Positions 55,665 to 64,000 of a DNA stretch of 64,000 nucleotides are shown one piece after another. The notes below the pieces were generated by a model. That model had not been told where the DNA came from and ran no database searches. It saw only the letters and a list, made by a program, of their open reading frames with translations. The stretch comes from Octopus vulgaris. Lineage: Eukaryota. The stretch is taken from contig OX597828.1 in assembly GCA_951406725.2 (NCBI GenBank), forward strand, positions 50,468,001 to 50,532,000, read 5' to 3'. A program made the position numbers and the translations under genes. How positions within the stretch are numbered: the stretch's first letter is position 1; every line of letters starts with the position of its first letter.

Positions 55665-55986
55665 AGCCTTGTGAGTGGATTTGGTAGACGGAAACTGAAA
55701 GAAGCCCGTCGTATATATGAATATATGTATATATATATATATATATATATAAATATATATATATGTATATGTATATATATATGTATGTGTGTGTCGGTGT
55801 TTGTCCCCTCAACATCGCTTGACAACCGATGCTGGTGTGTTTACGTCCTCGTAACTCAGCGGTTCGGCAAAGTGACTGATAGAATAAGTACTACGTTTCC
55901 AAAGAATAAGTCCTGGGGTCGATTTGCTCGACTAAAGGCGGTGCTCCAACATGGCCGCAGTCAAATGACTGAAACAAGTAAAAGAC
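55665..55986 (+). mobile_element. SINE family A, 5' truncated
   Basis: Family A match. Confidence 0.88.
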
Positions 55987-56678
55987 CGTATTTCAACGAT
56001 GGAGCTTTGAATCTTAGTTTAAAACCATTTTCTTCCTTAGAGGAAGATTTCAAATAATAAAAAACAGAATATACATACATACACGCATACATACATTCAT
56101 ACTTACATACATACATAGATATGTGTGTATGTGTGTATGTATACATATATATATATATATATGTATTATTTAAAGGTCCAGTACATTATATATATATATA
56201 TATACAAGCGTGTGTGTACACGTGCATGAATAGTGTGTGTATGTGTGTGTGTGTGTGTGTGCGTGTATGTGTGGGTATATTGGAAAATAACCAATTTACG
56301 TCACAGGACTTGAAACGAAATATCTCAGAAAGCTGTTGTATAGCGGCCACGAATTTTCGATTCCGCAGCTTTTTAAGTGATTGCGAAAGTAGGATGTCTT
56401 TGGTGCACAACTAAAGCATTTTCGTGTTATTGCTTTTATTTCCTATTTTTGGCATTTTTTCCACTCCAAAAAATTACAAATTCGCGATACAGATTTTATT
56501 TTTGTTAGAGACCTTGAGGAGAGAATCGCGACGTCTGGAGTATTGTTATTGCCGAAGATAAATTATTACAGTCAAAATTATATGTTTGATGGATTATATA
56601 AATATATAGTACCTGCACATACTCACTCCCTACAGGCACACACACACATACCCCTCCACACACACAAACGCGCACACA

Positions 56679-56718
<40 letters not shown>

Positions 56719-56889
56719 GGTAATATAATATATGTATTTTGATTTTGATAGATGCACTATGGCGGTAAATGTTCATAACATTTGAGTCATCTCAGACTAC
56801 ATAGTGCATACTTACGTATATAGATAGATACATACATACATACACATATTAACTCATACAAATATACATCTATATATACTTACATACAT

Positions 56890-56930
<41 letters not shown>

Positions 56931-57108
56931 AACACATATAATGAATACATAATACCTATACATAATACATGCATATACACACACACACACATATATATAT
57001 ATGAACACATACACACACAAACAAACATACAAGTGTATTGACATATTGAATTCACACTGATTGTGTATATCGATAAGTATATATACTGATACACTCGCAC
57101 ACTCCCCC

Positions 57109-57141
<33 letters not shown>

Positions 57142-57497
57142 TATATAAGTGCAGGCCTCTGTGTATGTGTGTGAATGTGTGTGTGTGTGTGCGTGAATAT
57201 GTATGTGTGTGAATGTGTGTGTGTGTGTCTGTTCGTATATGTGTTAGTTTCTACAGAAACTAACACAAACACACATACACACACATACACAGAGGCCTGC
57301 ACATTCACACACACACGCATACACAGAGGCCTGCTGCACAAGCATTATTCATATATAAAATCTACATGTAGTGCTCATATTTCATTACTTTTCTAAAAGC
57401 ACACAGACACACGCACAAGCAGGCACACACATCAGCAAATGCACGGACACATACATGTATGTGTGTTTGTCTGTTTGTATATGTCAGTGTGTATGTA

Positions 57498-57528
<31 letters not shown>

Positions 57529-58224
57529 TTGTGTATCTGAGACAGAGAGAGAGAGAGTGTTTGCACGTGCTTGTGACTTTTCAATCGTGACATAACCATA
57601 CAAACACACATTTTATTATTTTATTTCCTACAACAAACGAAATTCATCTGGGTTTTGTTTTTACTGTATTTATTTCTCTTACAGATGAAAATAGTTTTGA
57701 ACACAAATTTGTATTCCACGGAGCAATCGCAAAAAGCTTCGACTGCTGCTCTTGTGAAGTTAATATTCCTCTGCGTTCAATATAATAAAAATATGTTGTT
57801 GGCATTCAGTTACTTGTGTCTGTATATCTGTCTATCATACCATGCCGATGGTGTGGAAATGTTTTATCGTAGCAGTGTGTACTTGGAGCACTATTTCAGT
57901 CAGGTGTAATATAAAGCCATGGAAGAATCTTTCAATAAATAAATAGACACACACACACAGACACACACATACACACACATAATATAAACACACACATATA
58001 TACATTGATAGAAATAAGAGCTAAACAGCTGTACTAATGTAACTATCTCACATTATTGTGCGTTAACTACAGCATTGGTGCGGTTTAGCTCTTATTTCTA
58101 GCAATGTGGGTGTCTCCTAACACCTTAGTCAAATTTGGTGACATTTGTAACTCTCCTCTTTGATATAACATTGCAAACTGCTGTTTATATTAATTATGGA
58201 ATGTTGGACCGCTGAAAGCTACAA

Positions 58225-58387
58225 GTTTTTCTTTACATTGTCTCGCTGTTTATTTTCTCTTATTCCTTTCTGTTGAAGAGAGTAGGCTCGAAACGTAAAA
58301 GATTTTTTCATTTTCCCGAGCGTCAAACTAAAAAAATTGCTCGTTGTTCATACACCTTTCTTCGCCTTTTGACTTTCTATAAATTTC

Positions 58388-58390
<3 letters not shown>
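58225..58390 (+). mobile_element. pLTR-like element (family of 17493) with a hammerhead variant at 58266-58301
   Basis: cttt-CTGTTGA-a-gagagtaggctc-GAAA-cg-TA-aaag; 3' end abuts (TA)n. Confidence 0.65.
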
Positions 58391-58475
<85 letters not shown>

Positions 58476-58477
58476 GT

Positions 58478-58960
<483 letters not shown>

Positions 58961-59173
58961 AAGTACAAAAGAATTTATATATTATACTCCACACAAGCTT
59001 TTTATGTTGTAAACTTTACCGTTTCATTATATATTCTGCGAAAGTCTACCTGGGTATCTGCGTGTGTCAGGTCGAAGCTTTAAATGAACTAGCTTTTTGT
59101 CATTTTCCAGAGACATTGGCTTATCTCGTATTTTCTCTCACTTCAATGACAGCTAACCAAGTTTTTTTTTCTA

Positions 59174-59381
59174 TTTTACTCTTTTATTGTTTCAGTCATT
59201 TGACTGCGGCCATGCTGGAGCACCGCCTTTAGTCGAGCAACTCGACTCCGGGACTTATTCTTTTTGTAAGCCCAGTACTTATTCTATCGGTCTCTTTTTG
59301 CCGAACCGCTAAGTTACGGGGACGTAAACACACCAGCATCGGTTGTCAAGCAATGCTAGGGGAACAAACACAGACACACAA

Positions 59382-59418
<37 letters not shown>

Positions 59419-59586
59419 CATATATACGACAGGCTTCTTTCAGTTTCCGTCTACCAAATCCACTCACAAGGCATTGGTCGGCCCGGGGCTATAGCAGAAG
59501 ACACTTGCTCAAGATGCCACGCAGTGGGACTGAACCCGGAACAATGTGGTTGGTTAGCAAGCTACTTACCACACAGCCACTCCTTG
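59174..59586 (-). mobile_element. SINE family A, young subtype
   Basis: Closely matches the copy at 62742. Confidence 0.92.
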
Positions 59587-60237
59587 CTTCACTTTTAACT
59601 TATTCTATTACTACGAAGAACCACAATCTCGTGACGTTCTTTTAATACTACTTTCTATTTCATCTCTGGTGTTTTAAAATCTTAAAATATATTTTGTGTA
59701 GTTACATCTCGCGTATTCCCTCGATGTTGAATATATACTTATGTTTGATTACATGTTTTATTACAATGTTCCCTATCCACCGATTATTTATTTTTTCAAA
59801 CGAGAAATTTCTTGAAATCACACAATCATTATTTACAAAGCCTGCTGAATGGAAAATACATAATATTATTTTCTCAATGTAATATTGTTGATATTTTGCT
59901 GTGTGATATGCCCGAGATTTGTTTTACATGCAATCATTTATCTCTGACGAATAAATACGAAATCTCAGTTTTTTGACATTTTAATAACTCTCAGTTTCAC
60001 CAATACAAGTTATTTATTCACATTTTTGTAAAGGCTTTTGTATTTCCTTCACTTTACAGTAAATACTACGGTATCATCCTTTAACAAAAGTTTACAAATT
60101 GGCAAATAAGCGTTTCAATTGATCATTTATTGATATGCTAAGTAGGTATGCCGTGTTTAATAAGTTTGGAGTTTTCGCTAACATTGCAGGGATTCACTCG
60201 ATAAATGTAAATAGATAACTACGCAATGTCCCTGCAT

Positions 60238-60415
60238 AGGCGGCGAGGTGGCAGAAACGTTAGCACGTCGGACGAAATGCTTAGCAGTATATCCCCTGTT
60301 TTTACATTCTGAGTTCAAATTCCGCCGAGGTCGACTTTGACTTTTATCCTTTGAATGGCGGTGCCCCAGCATGGCCACAGCTCGTGAACTGAAACTAGAT
60401 AAAATAAAAAAAAAA
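60238..60415 (+). mobile_element. short SINE: family B head with an A-like tail
   Basis: Family B head to ttttatcctttg, then aatggcggtgccccagcatggccacagctc. Confidence 0.78.
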
Positions 60416-60757
60416 TATAAAGAAAGAGAACGGTTCATCCTTTATCTGGTCTCTTAAGACATTAATTTGGGAAGAGTTAGCTGCTACATCTCGCAGGTCA
60501 AACATGGAGATTGTTTCAGTAGCTCGTCAAACAGGTCGGTTTAAGTCAGCTTGACCACAGACCATAACTAACTAAATAGAACCACATGTTATGTACCTAA
60601 CACTTTTTTAATGCAATGATTATTTGATGGTATAAAAAACTCTGTTTCACCTGTCTACCTAATCTATAATCGATTTGTACTGCATAAGTGAAAAAAGAGA
60701 CATTGTTTTCATGTTTTAAATAGAAATCTAGAGATTAAACTTGGTATATCTCAGACC

Positions 60758-61147
60758 GTGTGGAGGCGCAATGCCCCAGTGGTTAGGGCAGCGGACTCGC
60801 GGTCATAGGATCGCGGTTTCGATTCCCAGATCGGGCGTTGTGAGTGTTTATTGAGCGAAAACACCTAAAGCTCCACGATGCTCCGGCAGGTGGTGGTGGT
60901 GATCCCTGCTGTACTCTTTCGCCACAACTTTCTCTCACTCTTACTTCCTGTTTCTGTTGTACCTATATTTCAAAGGGCCGGCCTTGTCACTCTCTGTGTC
61001 ATGCTGAATATCCCCGAGAACTACGTTAAGGGTACACGTGTCTGTGGAGTGCTCAGCCACTTACACGTTAATTTCACGAGTAGGCTGTTCCGTTGATTCG
61101 GATCAACCGGAACCCTCGTCGTCGTAACCGACGGAGTGCTTCCATCC
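60758..61147 (+). mobile_element. SINE family C, full length with TSD
   Basis: 12-bp TSD atatctcagacc at 60746-60757 and 61148-61159. Confidence 0.93.
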
Positions 61148-61661
61148 ATATCTCAGACCTTCAGTATCTGGAGTGAGTGAAAAGTAAGAGAAGACTGTGA
61201 TATAATTGGTATTATACTAATATGTAGTTAGTTTTCCCTTTATAATACCCTTTTTACAACTTCCTAAACATGATGCGCTAACATCTATTTTCATTCACAT
61301 TTTCTCGTTAACTCTTCATTTTTCCTATCATTCATCATATTCGTAGGTAGTTCTCGGGCATTTATCATCATGTTAATTCATGTAAGGAAAATTTAATACT
61401 TTACCATATCCAGTCGCGAAAGCTACAGCGGGGGTATTATAGGTATAGAGAAAAAATATTGGTTTTAATATTCTTAGTACAGAAAACCTGTTTCAACCTG
61501 GAATGTAACGTTAATTTGTATTCTATAAGAAAACACCTTCACCCATCAAATCAGACATTTTGTCGTGTTATATTCCAATATTTTCTACAGTAATTTCTTT
61601 CTGAACTTGGAATAATTTGTAAGTATATCTATCTATAGAGGCGCAAGTATATCTATCTGTA

Positions 61662-61887
61662 GAGGCGCAATGGCCTAGTGGTTAGGGCAGCGGACTCGCG
61701 GTCGCAGGATCGCGGTTTCGATTCTCAGACCGGGCGTTGTGTGTGTTTATTGAGCGAAAACACCTAAAAGCTCTACGAGGCTCCGGCAGGGGGTGGTGAT
61801 CCCTGCTGTACTCTTTCACCACAATGGCGGTGCCCCAGCATGGCCACAGCTCAAGAGCTGAAACTGGAAAAACAAAACAAAACAAAA

Positions 61888-61888
<1 letters not shown>
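61662..61888 (+). mobile_element. short SINE: family C head with an A-like tail
   Basis: Family C head to ctttcaccac, then aatggcggtgccccagcatggccacagctc. Confidence 0.8.
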
Positions 61889-61937
<49 letters not shown>

Positions 61938-61954
61938 GTATATCTGTCTATCTA

Positions 61955-61992
<38 letters not shown>

Positions 61993-62189
61993 ACACACAC
62001 ACATACATAAATAGACCAGATAAGAGAAGTGCGGTGAGAGAGTAAATGTTTATTTATAACATTAACATATAAATATACATATAAATATGTGTTATTTCTG
62101 GCGAAGGAAGCACATGTTCTCATGATCACAGGGTGGCGCTTTGTTTCCTTGAGCAAGGCACATCGTTTCACACAGCTCCAGCCTACTTA

Positions 62190-62655
62190 ACGAATATTCG
62201 TCAGTTTTAGGCCATATATTTCCTTCCGTGGATTAATACGAACATTATGGATAATCTGAAACAGTCGGAAATAGCGAAATATAAATGTCATTGCAAACGG
62301 AGAAGGTCTTACTGATTGTACCATATTTTCACTAATTGTTTTAGGTGCCTTGGTGATCACGAGTAGCTATAAACCTCTGAGCCCTCCCTATTTTAAACTA
62401 GCGGAATGTCAACAAAGGAACAGCGGGAGGGGGATAAAGTTGCAGAAACCAAGGGTGAGTGAGTTTCTATATCTGCTCGTCACTACAAAGGCACCTAAAA
62501 TAATTGGTAAGAGCATGGTGTAAACAAGGTCTTATCTGTTTGCAAGCGCGGTTCTATTTTGGTATGTTCAGATGTGTTTATGGTTCAGATTATCCATCAA
62601 GTTTATATTAATTCACCGAAGATAAACTCTAGCCTAAAACTGGCAGATTTTCTTG
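62190..62655. repeat. ancient ~460-bp imperfect palindrome (foldback or MITE-like)
   Basis: Nested complementary blocks cagttttaggc/gcctaaaactg, tggataatctgaa/ttcagattatcca and ttttaggtgcctt/aaggcacctaaaa. Confidence 0.75.
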
Positions 62656-62741
62656 TAATGTTCTATGTTTCGAGAACCATTTTGATATTTTACTCGTTTT
62701 ATAAATTTATACATAACTAAAAAAAATCAATAAAGCATTCA

Positions 62742-63170
62742 GGTGCGCAGGAGTGGCTGTGTGGTAAGTAGCTTGCTAACCAACCACATGGTTCCGGGTT
62801 CAATCCCACTGCGTGGCATCTTGGGCAAGTGTCTTCTGCTATAGCCCCGGGCCGACCAATGCCTTGTGAGTGGATTTGGTAGACGGAAACTGAAAGAAGC
62901 CTGTCGTATATATGTATATATATATATATGTATGTGTGTTTGTGTGTCTGTCTTTGTTCCCCTAGCATTGCTTGACAACCGATGCTGGTGTGTTTACGTC
63001 CCCGTCACTTAGCGGTTCGGCAAAAAAGAGACCGATAGAATAAGTACTGGGCTTACAAAAAGAATAAGTCCCGGGGTCGAGTTGCTCGACTAAAGGTGGT
63101 GCTCCAGCATGGCCGCAGTCAAATGACTGAAACAAGTAAAAGAGAAAAAAAGAGAAAAGAGAAAAGAGAA
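62742..63170 (+). mobile_element. SINE family A, young subtype, full length
   Basis: Complete head, body and AAAGAG tail. Confidence 0.92.
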
Positions 63171-63418
63171 TATGAAAGTATCATTACGGCCTGGCCAATT
63201 TCACAAGCACCATACGAAAGCCATAAGATATGGGAAGGGGATCTTTCGTGCTGCAGTCTGTAATTTGTCCTTAATTACCCTGTCTAACATAATACAATGA
63301 TTATACAATATGACTATTATAACACACATACACACACATACATACATACATACATACATACATACATACATACATACATACATACATACACACATACATA
63401 CATACATACATACATACA

Positions 63419-63449
<31 letters not shown>

Positions 63450-63450
<1 letters not shown>

Positions 63451-63658
63451 AAGTTAATCCAAACATGAAAACACAAAGAGAAAACACAACAACGCGAGGA
63501 CGTGGAACAAATATAGTATTATTGGACGTTCAGGAAGGAAGGGAAGAAGGAGGGTTTAACGTTTCGAGCGGAGCTCTTCGTCAGAAACATAGGTAAAGGA
63601 AAGATCCAGAGAAGGGAAGACGGAGGAAAAAAATCGCCAACGGTACACACGCGGTCAC

Positions 63659-63661
<3 letters not shown>
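63450..63661 (-). mobile_element. microsatellite-embedded pLTR-like element
   Basis: Second copy of 30841-31052, lying between (TACA)n and (TA)n. Confidence 0.75.
63554..63588 (-). ncRNA. minimal type-I hammerhead ribozyme, canonical core
   Basis: gttt-CTGACGA-a-gagc-tcc-gctc-GAAA-cg-TT-aaac; palindromic ACGT stem III can form only as a dimer. Confidence 0.72.
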
Positions 63662-63710
<49 letters not shown>

Positions 63711-64000
63711 CGTCTGAGATTCAAAGGATATTTGACTGCTATTACAAGCAGTTAAGCGACTACTTAGAGGCTTCTCCTCATCATTTCGTCTTATTTAGGC
63801 AGTAATGAAGAACAGGAATTATTGCTAATGTATTTCTATAATTTTTCAATAAAATCTTCAACTTAATTGGAAATAATTTTACAAATTAACAAAGATTTTC
63901 TTTCACCATTGTCTTCAACCGGAAGTCTTACCCCTCATCTAAAATTAAAATCTATGCATCTATTTCCTGAAAATTCTTTGACGCATAGCGCTTTGTATTA

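Noticed and set aside
59942-59968. ct-CTGACGA-ataaatac-GAAA-tc-TC-ag
   Set aside because: No stem II, only a 2-bp stem I, and no adjacent TA tract
60758-60835. tRNA-like sequence with A and B boxes
   Set aside because: SINE head: no acceptor stem, continues into the SINE body and is bounded by a TSD

Overview
AT-rich, microsatellite-dense eukaryotic intergenic or intronic DNA. The repeat families suggest an octopus or other coleoid cephalopod (inference). No host protein-coding exon is convincingly supported, and nearly all ORFs in the track are translations of microsatellites or SINEs. The window holds three abundant tRNA-headed SINE families (called A, B and C here), decayed LINEs (CR1/L2-like, Tx1/L1-like, RTE, R4/Dong-like), hAT and Tc1/mariner non-autonomous elements, and one non-autonomous Helitron. 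The main unannotated signal is a set of about 10 short elements from several sequence families. Each ends against a (TA)n tract and carries a minimal type-I hammerhead ribozyme fold, either canonical or with core variants, 30-110 nt upstream of that end. This resembles Penelope-like pLTRs or retrozymes. Secondary signals: SINE B multimers sharing one junction at four loci, and SINE C heads joined to six different tails.
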